DNA of 64,000 nt from Paraspadella gotoi (Eukaryota; Animalia; Chaetognatha), in assembly GCA_051294375.1 (NCBI GenBank), contig CM119271.1:11997620-12061619 (forward strand). Reading direction: 5' to 3'. The translations under genes and the position numbers were made by a program. This document shows, piece by piece, positions 50,174 through 61,991 of the stretch (positions within the stretch are counted from its first letter, which is position 1; every line of letters begins with the position of its first letter). Under the pieces are notes generated by a model that ran no database searches, was not told the DNA's origin, and worked only from the letters and a program-made list of their open reading frames with translations.

Positions 50174-50394
50174 GACAGACTATCAAAAACTTTTGCAAAA
50201 GTAAATGTGTGAGAGAGAGAGAGAGAGTACATTGCACAAATGTATCATATTACCTCTCTCTCTCTGTTTGACCATTTCACTTTCTTTTTCAAAACTCACT
50301 CAATCTGTCCTTGCCTTCACCTGTCCTCACCTCTGACCACTATTCTGTCTCACCACTTTGTTGGAAACTTTAACTCTGTCTCTCTCTGTCTCTC

Positions 50395-50438
<44 letters not shown>

Positions 50439-50475
50439 ACACATTTACTTTTGCAAAAGTTTTTGATAGTCTGTC

Positions 50476-50519
50476 AAACACTGATGAAGGCTCGAACAAG
50501 AGTCGAAACATGTCTGTTT
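50476..50519 (+). ncRNA. Minimal type I hammerhead ribozyme (plus-strand copy)
   Basis: Stem I AAACA/TGTTT; core CTGATGA(A); stem II GGCTC-GAACAA-GAGTC; GAAA; very short palindromic stem III ACATGT; GTC cleavage triplet, with the cut predicted after 50514. Confidence 0.85.
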
Positions 50520-51439
50520 ATATTAAATAAAAAATCGTTGTAGTACAAACTCTAAACTTTGTTTTCGCTAAAACACCAAAACACAACGAAACGAAAGGAA
50601 TACCACATTAATCCTGTTTAAATATCAGTTTAAAGTCTGAAATTCCTAACAGCTTGACGATAATTCGTCAAAAATTCATAAATCTTCATTCATTTAAACA
50701 TTAGTTAAATAAGTCTAATCAAGAGATTCGAATTTGAAGTAAAATTACCTAATATTATAATATTACACAAGAGACTAGTTTAGTTTAGGTTAGTCCAAAA
50801 AAAACAAACAAAAAAAACCCAAATGTCAAGCGTTAAATTCTCGACTAGGCTATCAGACTATTAGGCTATTCAAAGTTAAATGTCAATGAAATAGTTAAAT
50901 ACATCTCTGCCTTTTAAACAGTTTAGTCATCTGGCTCTTTTTATTTGCTCATTTTTCAATATATGCAGCGACCAACTAACTTAAATTTCCAATTAAATAT
51001 TTACTAATGTATTTAATAAACTGCTATTACATAAGCCGAGCACGGTTCTTTTTATAGGAGGAAAAAGAAAATGGAAATATACCATCTCTGGAATGATAAA
51101 AACCTGAAAGGTTGCTGTCTGGACAAGAGCTTAGGCTAAGTCGAAAAATTTGTCCAAACTCAGTTTTTTTTTAAATTGCAGTTGAAGTTGGTAAGTTAAT
51201 TTTTGAGATGCGACAGAAATGAAAATCAAGCCAAAACCTTCTCTTTCCCTATTTCGACTTTCTTCTTTCGACTTTTAAAAACCACCGCCGGATACAAAAG
51301 TTAATTTAATCCAATGTTTTAAATAGGACAACAATAATAATAACAATTAAGCGAAAATTAAACCCCTACACCACCCCCCCCGAGATGTCGCTCTCATGCT
51401 GCCACATCACGAAAAAAAGAAAGCACAATTGCGGTCGCG

Positions 51440-51790
51440 TCAACGTCGCCGTGATCATCATCTTCGTCGTGATCATCATCTTCGTCGTGATCATCATCTT
51501 CGTCGTGATCATCATGTTTGTTATCGTCATCATGATCAACATGATCATAATCGTTGCCATGATGGTCATAACGATAATCATATCATTATTGTCGTCGTGA
51601 TCATCTTCGTCATGACTCATGATCAGCTTCGTCATGATCATTGCCATTCAATGTCGTCGTAAAGTTGATCATCACGAACATCCCCATAATTATCGTCATC
51701 ACGATCATCCTCATCATAGTTATCGTAATCATCATCGTTGTCACCCGTCATTCATCATTGTATTAGAAATCGTCGTCGTCGTCGCGACTT
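51440..51790. repeat. ATC/GTC-rich low-complexity repeat in the probable 3' UTR of the PH-PDZ gene
   Basis: GTGATCATCATCTTCGTC repeats and degenerate ATC triplets downstream of the stop at 51887. Confidence 0.8.
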
Positions 51791-51886
51791 CTCCCAATCG
51801 TGTCTTGTATCGTCGTCGCGTTCATCTTCGACGCGATCGACGTAAGATTTCCAGGGTCTGGTTCGACTCCATCAAACGCGACTCCA

Positions 51887-53473
51887 TCACTGAACGATGT
51901 AGTCTTTGAAGTTGCTCATTTTTTTGATTCCCCTGCGGAGGATCTTGACGAATTCCGTGGGTTGGACGACGAGGGAGATCTCGCGACCGACGGAGTTGAG
52001 TCGGTCGCGAATCTCATTCTCCTTGGGGAAGAGGTTGAGGTGTCGGGCGTTGATCTCCGTCAAGGTCCAGGCGGAAGTGGCCGTGGCGCAGGTGGGCGTC
52101 GGCCAAGGGGTCGATGCCGGGACCCCCGCATGGTCCATCAGGCCGCCAGACTCGATGCTCACGATGTCGGCCGAGTTGCCTAAATTTTTAGGACCAAAAA
52201 TTTTTTAACAATTTCCTTTAAAAAAAAAAACCGGCTCGACAGCACTGTTATACCATAGCGATTAAATTTTTTTTTTAAATACATATGTACATGCAACTAA
52301 GGAATCTTACATTTTATACAAAATAACATTTTTTTATATATTATATTTTACATATATATCTTATATATAATATCTTACCGTCCCTGACGATGCCGATGGA
52401 TTCTCCCTCGTGGGTCCGTTTGATCATGACGGCCTTGGCGTGGGGCATTCGATGGACGACCAACTCGATGGTATCCGTCCTGCAGTGTTTGATCATCTTC
52501 TGCGCGGAGGCGGCGTTGCCGACCGGAAGGGCGTTGATGCTGAGGATCATGTCGCCGATGTGAAAGGCGTTGTGGAGGTTGGGATGGTCGCGTTGCTTCC
52601 AACCCGATACCCAAACCTTAATTTTAATTCAGGGTGGTAGATGCTGAAATGATAGGGTGGTAGATTCAGGTGTAGATGCTGAAATGATAGGGTGGTAGAT
52701 TCAGGGTGGTAGATGCTGAAATGATAGGGTGGTAGATTCAGGGTGGTAGATGCTGAAATGATAGGGTGGTAGATTCAGGCTATAAGTAAATTTTTTCCGT
52801 CAATCTATCTCAGGCCAGGTGAGTTTTAAACGCTCATTAGTTATGACATAACTGAATTATTTTTAATATAGATATGTAGTCGGGCATTGCATAAGTTACC
52901 CCGCCTATAAGCATGACACTTCAGTCGTTACCCGGTGGCTCATTGGTAGGTACGGGTTCAATCCCAACCCGGTACCTACCCTGCGGGAAGCGTGAGGACG
53001 GCCTGGCCAGGACCCGTTCCAGGCTGCTCGAGGGGGTTAAAGAAGTTGCGGATAAACTCTTCAGCCCCACTTAGCGCCTTATCCACACTAGTGAGCCCGA
53101 CGTGATACCAGTGTGGATAAGGCGACAAAATATAAATAAAACAGTAAGACTAAGTTTTAACATCTATCAAATCTATATTCTAGAAAGTAATTTTGAAATT
53201 GTCTTAAAGTTTTGTTGAAAGGTTATGTACCATGATATGAGTAAGAACTTATAGCATAAATTTTATACCCTGTCTAAGAAGTCGATCAAGGCGACGCCGC
53301 GATGGGCGTCCTTGTGGCGCAGTGCCACTTTGACGCCGGCCGAGTGAGCCATCTCGCGACGAAGCAGCGCCACTTGACTTTGACGCAGCGACATCGGTGG
53401 TTGCTGGTTGCCGGGCTTCACTTTCTGCAGCGTACCTTGGTGGGAAAAAGAAGTTAGTATAAATATGGGGTGC

Positions 53474-53554
<81 letters not shown>

Positions 53555-56355
53555 AAAGTTCTCACCCAAAGCGCTCTCTTCCGGTCTCCTCGTCCAAATG
53601 TAACGCGATCCGCCCTCAATCGGTTCCGGCGCCGGAAGCTCGTTTTCTTTGTTCGACGGCGTCGTTCCGCCGGAAGCCATCAACGTTTCAGGTGGGAGAG
53701 TCGCGGGTGGCGTCGGGAAACCTGGCCCAAGTACAGATCCCTAATTGAACTACTAACAATCATAATTCTTAATAAAAAAAAAATATTACGCCTTCAACGT
53801 AATAGAACAAAATCTTCCTGACACTTGATCAAAATACTACAATATGCAAATGAGATAGATGAATTGATTTACGTGAAATTGGTACAACCAATATAAAAAT
53901 TATCCATTCATTTAATAAATAAGCTATCTTGCCCCTGACTTTGGAGGTTTAAGGCCTCACTTTTACAAGATAATGACATAGTAGGTCTCTAATCAAGACT
54001 CTCTCACAGTCTCGTTTATTCTCTCCCAGAATACTTGGCTTCCCTATCAATGAAGTGGTATAATATTTCAAAGAATGTTTCAATTGTATGAAAAGACCAC
54101 TCCCTTCCTAGGGCTACTCCCTTACATATTACTCGGGCTACACATAACGGTAAATCGTAATAAATAGGCCTATTAAATAAGTAATAATTAAACGCATACC
54201 GTTCGAGACGGGCGACTTGTAGAATTCGGAAGCGCTCCCTTGTCCATGTCCTTGTCCATGTCCTTGTCCTGTTCCATGTCCGCCATCTTCATCTGAATCG
54301 GAAGATGATTCATCGGCCTTGAGACCCGGCAAAGTCAATCGCCCCAAACGGAATTGCTCGGTGTTTCCGGAAGGCTGAACCGGTTTATCTCCACCGGGTG
54401 ATCGATCCGGCGGCGTCGGGTACGCCGCCGCCGCCGCTCCAGCGGGAGATTCCGCGCCTCGAGATTCGAAATGATCGAGAGTGTTGCGCATGAAGGGCAA
54501 CTCGACGTAGACGTTGCTCGACTTGTCTTCGACGGGCGGGTCCGACTTGGAAACCCCAGCTTTGGAGACGTTTTTCTTCTTCTCCAGCGAGAGATGGTAA
54601 GTGTCGCTGTATTTCTGGTAAGGCGGCGGAGCCTCGTCGTCCAGATCGTAATCGTTGGAATTGTGATCAGAAGTCTGATTCGCGACGGAGACTTGGGGAT
54701 CGTCGGCCGCGTAAGGAGGCGGCGCCTCCGCTTCTTTGCTGTAAGGAGGCGGAGCCTCGCCATCCGTGGGCGCCGGCGAGTCGAAGGCGCGCCACGAAAG
54801 GTCGTAGTCGGCTTCAGAGACCTCGTGCGCCACGGGGGCCGGCCCAGCGGCGGGTGGACGATCCTTTCGAGGCGCGGGTCGCATCGTCGTCGTCTTCTCC
54901 ACGAGAATCGGGAGATGCTCCTGCGAAGTGAACTCGATGGTGACGCGACTTCCCGAGACCGAGGGCGGAGGCGAGATCACCGAGCGACGTCCGGGGCTCG
55001 AGCCTTTCGACGCGAGTCGCGTGGATTCGATCGAAGAATCGGGGATCGGCGTCGCTTGACTCAAACCCAAAACCGTCGCCCTTCGTTCTAAGCTGGAAGA
55101 CTTCGAGGGCAGAGCGGGCAGAGCGGGCCGAGCGATTTTGAAGGTTTCGTCATCATCGTCGTCGTCGTCATCGTCGACTAAACGCGGATTGTCTCGAGAA
55201 CCAACATCGGACGACGTCGTCGCGGTCTTAACCGCTTCCGCTCCGAAAGCGTAGGCGCGTTTGAGGGATAGAGGACGTTCCATTCTCTCAAAAGTTTCTT
55301 CCTCGTCGTCGTCGTCGTCGTCGTCTTCTGAAGGAGCGAGGGCTTCCCCATCGAATCCGCTCGTCATCAGCGAGAGAAACAACTCGCCGTCCGTCATTTT
55401 CTTTGATCCGGAGACGAGGCCAGAAATCGGCGTCGGGTCGATGGGCGTGGAGAAGTCGATCAAGTCCGCGACCGGGACATCCTGCGAAGCGTCCGGCCAT
55501 TTTGTTTCCGGAGGAGGCGGCAAAGGATCGAAGGCCGGTGGATGAGGGGAACTCGGTCGATCCAATCCGCGACGAATCGAAGGACGAGGAACTTGGATGC
55601 TACGGAGGCTGCTCTGCGGTGTCGGCTGGGTCGTGGAAGCTGCTGTTTCTGCGATCGGCGTCGCGGCGGAAGCGTTCGACCGAAGACGCGATGGCAAAGG
55701 TTGGGAATAAGGAGGAAAAGAGTCTTGACTAGTCTGATGAGCACGGGAATTCGTCTCCTGTGCGCTGGAATTCGTCTCCTGAGCGCTGGAATTCGTCTGC
55801 TGAGCGCTGGAATTCGTCTCTTGAGCGCTGAAATTCGAGGGGTCCACGATCGCGGGGTCGGGCGCCCGTTCGACGGCTGTTCCCGGCGACGAGTCGTTTC
55901 CGGCGCCGGGAGGAGGAGGAGTGCCGATGAAGACTGAGTCGAAGATAGGCTCGCCGTCGTCGCAGAAATCTCGGTTCGCCGGACGAGAGAGTCGAGCCGG
56001 AATCGAAGGGAGAGAGGAGACAAGGTTGTTGTCGTTGTTGTTGTGATGGGAAAAAGATTCTGACGTCGTCGTCGGAATCGGAGCAGCAGGGCGCGAGGGT
56101 CGTTCGGGGAGGGGATCACGTGACGACCTAAGATAGGGAAAACTGAATGTGAATTCAGAAAAAAAAAAACAACTCTTCCAAACAAACGAACAATTTTGTA
56201 AAATATTCATTATTCAATACATATAATCTTTAATATTACCTCGTGGATCGGGCGCGACCGGTTCTGGAAACGAGGACCGGCAGCTTCTTTCCCACCTGAA
56301 GAACAAAAACACGAAAAGTCACCCAACGTCACTGATTCCCTCACCAAGCCCTCAC

Positions 56356-56416
<61 letters not shown>

Positions 56417-58106
56417 ACCTCCTCGTAAACGTTATCATCCGTCGGCGTCTTCGGCAGCGGCCTTCCTCTCGGCACCGCCCCAGTCGCCGCCGACCCGGCC
56501 GCTGCCGACCTGGGCGCCACCGACCCGGCCGCCGCCACCGCCGTACCCTCGGCGACGCGCTTGGGCACGGTGGCGGCGCCTATGGCGGTGTTCCTCCGGG
56601 TCAGCGGAGCGATGCTGGCGCCGCGGGGCAAGGGCGTTGGCGGGGAAGGATTTTCGGCGGCAGCGACGCCGTTGGGAAGGGCGCCGGACGGTTCCGACGC
56701 CGGGAGAGAGTCGTCGATGACGTAGGGATTTTCTTGAGGAGAAACTCGAGATTCCAAGATTCCCAATTCGGTCAATTTGTCGCAGATGGCGGCGCACCTG
56801 ACCCAAGGGGGTTGAAAGGTGTTGGAAGCTGAATTGACTAAATCGATTGATCATTTGTTGTTGTTTTTTTTAAGCCTCGGTTTAAAACTTAATTTTTCTA
56901 CTAACCTCATTTGAATATGTTTTTATTTAGTAGAAATTACCTGGAGATCGAAGTATATTTATCACATATCGCCATCGTTATAATGGAGCCTACCATTCAC
57001 ATAATCAAAATTTTTTTCAATAAAAAATAAAATCTTATATATCTAACAAGTTGAATCTTTTTTGTTAGACTTAGAGTCTTTAGTTTCTGCTATCGTCAAA
57101 ACTAGTCATTATTATTTTGTTTTTATAGTATTTTAACGTGTATATTTCTTTAAAAACAAAAGTCGCTTAGATTTTAGGTTTCTTCCTATCAAATGAGCAA
57201 CTAACGGACAGACATACCGACCGACAGACGGACCGAAAAGTGACTTATAGAGTTGCTCCGCGAGTACTCGCGGCGCAGCTAAAAATAAAAAAAAAAGGAA
57301 AAAGAGTTTCCCTCTCCACTGTGAAGCGAGTTTGATCTCACCACTCTTCCATGTCGATGGGTGAGGCAGCGACGAGGGTGAGGACTCGATCTCCGAGATG
57401 CAGACAAAACGTGTTCTCGTATTTCTTGTCGAAGAGATGAGAAGTGACCGAGTGACATGAGGAGAGAGAGATGGAGTTGATGGGCGGATCGTTGGCCGGA
57501 CTCGTCTCGCTCTCAAAATATTCCATGTAAGGGGTGGAACCGTTTCGTACCTGCGGTTAAAAAAAAATATATTTTTTTCGTAAATGGGTTAAAAACTGGG
57601 AAATGTAGAAGCTCATCTGATAACGACAACGACGACAACGACCAAATCGTGTCAATAACGACTCAAACACTTGACCGTTAAGTGGGTCAACCTATTTGAG
57701 CCACTAAACCAATACAATCGTTTTCTTACCTTTAGTTAGTTTTAACCGGTTAATTGTTTTACCATTGTTTTGACTTTTACTCTGTTTTTGTTCATGATTT
57801 TCGAATCATTATATCTTGATAAAAAAATACGGAAAACTTGTCTCAATTTTCAAAAGAATAATTTCGTCACCTCAGACAGATCTTTCTTTTTCAAAAGATT
57901 GATAAAAATGAACTCACCCCGAAGACGAACCATCTTCTCTCCCATCGCTTCATGACCTTGAGCCGGTAAGTGAGACCGGCTCCGGCGCCGGGCGCCGTCT
58001 CGGCCGGCGACTTGCGGAGATAACCGCTCCGAACGGCGAGGAAGTTGTCGCCGACGAGGGCGGCGCCGCCGGCGTCCCCCCACGCCAGGCCAAAGTCCTT
58101 GGCCAT
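51887..58106 (-). CDS. Adaptor protein: N-terminal Gab/DOS-type PH domain, long Pro/Ser-rich region with Tyr and PPxY motifs, C-terminal tandem PDZ-like domains
   Basis: About 9 exons. RSGYLRKSP..KRWERRWFVF/..MEYFESE..INSISLSSC..YENTFCL..RVLTLVAASPIDMEEWCAAIC resembles the GAB1 PH domain. FHIGDMILSINALPV..IELVV and GESIGIVRD..IVSIESGGL..EIN..ISLVVQP are PDZ-like. Ends FKDYIVQ*. Confidence 0.8.
52627..52780. repeat. 33-bp tandem repeat, about 4-5 copies
   Basis: ATTCAGGGTGGTAGATGCTGAAATGATAGGGTGGTAG units. Confidence 0.9.
52931..53140 (+). mobile_element. tRNA-derived SINE with 3' stem-loop and A-rich tail
   Basis: A box TGGCTCATTGG, B box GGTTCAATCCC, a 15-bp stem CGCCTTATCCACACT...AGTGTGGATAAGGCG, then ACAAAATATAAATAAAA. 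Confidence 0.7.
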
Positions 58107-58806
58107 CGAGATGGGATTGTCTCACCCCGCTAGAGGGGGAGGGTCAAAGGTAAGGCGCAATAAACGATTCGAGTCCCAAGGAGTCATGGTGGCCATAACT
58201 TGTTTGTTTTTTTTTGTTTTTTTTAGATTTTCCTTTTTTTTTTAACGAAATTTGGCTGCGGATACAGAAGGCACTTTTTGGTTTTGTTTTCGAGGCACAA
58301 AAAGGTAGTTTATTCCTCATCGGAGGAACCTGAACACAGTGAACAAGAATGTAATAACAAAGACGTAAAAATAACAAAACTTTAATCGCTTTTTCCTTCA
58401 CGAAACGAAGAGCGATTGATGGTATTATTTATTAAAGGCAAGATAACAAACAATAGTTATTAATTTCTAATTTATTTTAACCATTTTTAACGCGATAAAA
58501 TACAGTTTCTCAACATACATTGGGATCAAAGGGAAAAAACAAAGAGAAGCGGGCCAGTTTGGAATGGATTAAACCCATTATTATTTATAACGAACCGAAG
58601 ATAAAAAGAAAAACATTCGTAACGACTACAAATTTCAGTTCAACCGCAGACCCTCATAATATCATTCGCACTAGAAATAACAACCAAAACGACGACGACG
58701 ACGAGGACGACGACAAACAAAGTCTCTAATCTTTAACATTCCTTGTCGGAGTCCGGTTCGGTGATCGGGAACGGAACAGAGTCGGTGATCACAATCAGGG
58801 AACGAG

Positions 58807-59117
58807 TCAGTGATGATTAGAGGCGGCGGCGGCTGCGGCGGCGTTGGCGGCTGCGGCGGCGAGGGCGGGGTTGGCGGCTGCGGCGGGACTCTCGGTCGTC
58901 TTGGCCGACGACGTGATCCTCTTGCACAGGATCTGGTAGCAGACGGGTTCGTCGAGATCGATCATCGCGTCGGGCGAAGTCTCGTCCACTTCGAAACTAG
59001 AGTGCGGAGAAAATGTCATAATTATTATAATTATTATAATTATAATATAATATAAAATAATAAAAATAAATAAATAAATAAATAAAAATAAATAAATATA
59101 TTAAAAATATAATTATA

Positions 59118-59165
<48 letters not shown>

Positions 59166-60629
59166 ATCATGAGTCAAAATTATTCGAAAAATATATCAGC
59201 AAATTATCTATGAAGCATGATTGATAAGGTTACTTACTTAAAAATAGGCCAAATATTAAAAAAACAAAAAACAAAAAAAAAAACCAATGCCCTTTGAATA
59301 GTTACTACTATATGTAAATTAGATTGATGAAGTCAATTTAATTTTAATTTAACAACTTGCCGACAAGAGTCCTTGAAAAAGGCCATGCTGTCGTGGTTGT
59401 GAGAGAAGACGGTGCAAACGATTTTCGCCATTTCGTTCTTTTTCCCCATCAGCGTCAAGATGGCGACGAGAAACCGTCCCAATCCTTTCCGCCGAACGCG
59501 CTTCTCCAATTGAATCTCGTAGAGGTAGAGGACCTGAAAATATCATTTAAGTAAGTTGACAGAGATTTCAACATGAAACCAAAAGTGGATTTTATTCTTG
59601 GAAAGTCACAAGCAAAGACGGTGTCAGAATTTTAGACAGAATGAATCATATTGTATCATATTATATAAAATATATATTAATTGGTTAATTTATTAGTTTT
59701 TAGAGACTAATAAATTCGAAAAGTACAATCCCGCTGGTAAACAATAAACGCGAGACCTTTTATAGAAAGTAAAAAAGAAATGATAAAGTTCGCTTCGCCT
59801 TTGTGGATAAGTTGGCTGAAATTACATCATTATTAATATAAATTAACATTATATGACAGTTAACTATAATTAAAAAAAGTTTTATTGATGGAAAGGGTTC
59901 CAGGGGATAGATGCGGGATAGATGCAAAACAGATGCAAAACAGATCCAAATGTTTATCTAAAGTTTGTGTCCAACATGACAACTCCCGGAAGCAATGGAC
60001 TAAACCCTCAAATTTGGAACAAAGCTTCGGAATTTTTCAAGCCCCCAAGGAACCCCAAGGCGGTTAACGGCCGTCCTCAAGCTTCCCCTCGGGTAAGTAT
60101 ATAATGCGGATCGATCCCGGAACATCTAATAGTCAAGAGAGCAGACGGCTTTACTCTATCAACCACCGGCACACTAACCGAGAGTAGAATGTCTGTTATG
60201 CGGGATAAACTCCGAAATAATAAATCAATTGATTATTAATATAAATAAAAATATCATCCTCCTCCCCCCCCTCTACTCACTTCGCACTCTTCCTCCAGAT
60301 CGAAGCGGAAATGGACGAAAGCGACGAGAGCGCCCTCTTCGTCCCGACAGAGGAGGTACCAAGCGGAGTCTTCGGTCAGCTCATCCCTCTTGTCTTTATC
60401 CCGCCAGCCCCAGTCCGAGGTCTCGTAGAGAGTCTCCATGTTCCGCTTGGTCAGGTCGAAGACGAGCTCCACTGTCGCCGCGTCGAGAGCGGAGACGCGG
60501 CTGCACGAGACGGAGATCTGACCCAGCGGCAACGGGAGGGCGGGGGGGGGTTTCGTTTGAAGTTTTTTTTAATCTTCTTTATCTTTTTTTGTCTTTTTTG
60601 AGAATATGGATGTCTTGCTCTTTGTTCTC

Positions 60630-60687
<58 letters not shown>

Positions 60688-60850
60688 TGAGTCCGTTCCT
60701 ATCGAATCGTTGAAAGGCGGTGAAGTGGGCTAGAGGGTCGGCGAGGGCGTTGGCGGCGGCGACCCTTTCCTGAGAGGCCGTCAACTGGGCCAGGTGCGCC
60801 TTGTGGGCCGCCTTCTTCTCCTTCACCTTGTCCTTTGTCTTTCTGCCCAT
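58807..60850 (-). CDS. NAA40: N-alpha-acetyltransferase 40 (NatD)
   Basis: Four exons: MGRKTK..KEKK..VAAAN..DPL..FQRFDRNGL / FDLTKRNMETLYETSDWGW..KRDEL..AWYL..VAFVHFRFDLE / VLYLYEIQLE..RRKGLGRFL..TVFSHN / FEVDETSP..YQILCK. Confidence 0.95.
60040..60172 (-). mobile_element. Truncated tRNA-derived SINE sharing a central block with 52931-53140
   Basis: Minus strand: tRNA-like head GCCGGTGG...GTTCCGGGATCGATCC, then TACCCGAGGGGAAGCTTGAGGACGGCC (compare TACCCTGCGGGAAGCGTGAGGACGGCC at ~52977). Confidence 0.55.
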
Positions 60851-61991
60851 CGCTGCAGCTGCTGCTGCTGCTTCTGCCGCGGCGGCGACGGCGATTAAGG
60901 CCGGATTATTTTTTTTCCTCTCTAGATTCACGAAACATTTTTTTTTAAATGTGAAAGACAAAAATGAAAATATAAAAAACGAAATAAATAATGTTCGTCG
61001 ATATATATCAAAGTTTTCAAAATAGATAAGAATTTAATTCCTTGGGAGGAATTTTTAAATTAAAAAAAAAAGATCCGTGTTGTTTTTCTACGCGTTACAT
61101 TCTGGTTCTTTGTTGTCTACGACTGTCTAACTGAAACAAATCTTGACAAATGTGGCCAAATCTATGACGACGACGAAAACGTTTTTAGTGTTTATAAATA
61201 TATTTTTCTCTAATAATAAAGAATCATTTTGATGTAAAGAGGTAAAGAGTCGTAGTAGGGATTTGGCGGGACTAAGACTAATCGTAGTTACTTCCCCATC
61301 CCTCCCCTTTTCACGAGAAATCTACTAAATGATACGAAACTATTGTTGCACAAAGCAAGGTGATAAATAAATTGCACACATGCGGAGTGATTGGGAGAAT
61401 ATCAAGATGATCCTCGTTTCAATAACTATTCAGTATTCATCCGTACAATAAATCTCATTAATCAGCGATTGAAAAAGAATTAAGAAAATACAAACATTTT
61501 ACTCAAAGTTAAATACCCAAAAAATAAGAGTTCTTCTGCGCAAAAAAAAGTATCTTCTGTTATAACTTTTTATTTACATAAAGTTACATAGTTCTAACTT
61601 TCATATACTACAATGTTGTGAAAGCCTGATGCAGATTGCAGAAGAGAAAAATTTTAAAAAAGAATATGGGCCCATGAAGTATGAAATCTCGTACGAAAAA
61701 CTTAAGCAATAAACAAAAAAAATTATCCAGAGACTGCTTTACAAGGTAAATCGTTAACTTCTCAAATAATTCGTCAATCACAGGCCGAGAAAAAAAACAA
61801 TAAAAATTTAAATTTCGTAAAAAATTAATCATGATTTAAAAAGGTCCTTAAAAAAATAATAAATAGGGAGCGGCGAGGTTAAGCTTTCCCTTTTCTTCTA
61901 ATTCGAGCCAAAAGTCGTCGAGAATTTTCTCATTCTTGACTTTTTTCATTTGTCCTTTTCTTTCTTTTGTCTCGTGTCTTTTTTCTATATT

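Larger units (their letters stand above)
50080..50569. mobile_element. Penelope-like element remnant (pseudo-LTR) arranged as a ~150-bp inverted repeat
   Basis: 50080-50227 is the near-perfect reverse complement of ~50420-50569. Each arm carries a minimal hammerhead motif. Confidence 0.7.

Noticed and set aside
51366-51909. His-rich and Met/Ile-rich ORFs
   Set aside because: Translations of an ATC-type repeat downstream of the PH-PDZ stop codon.
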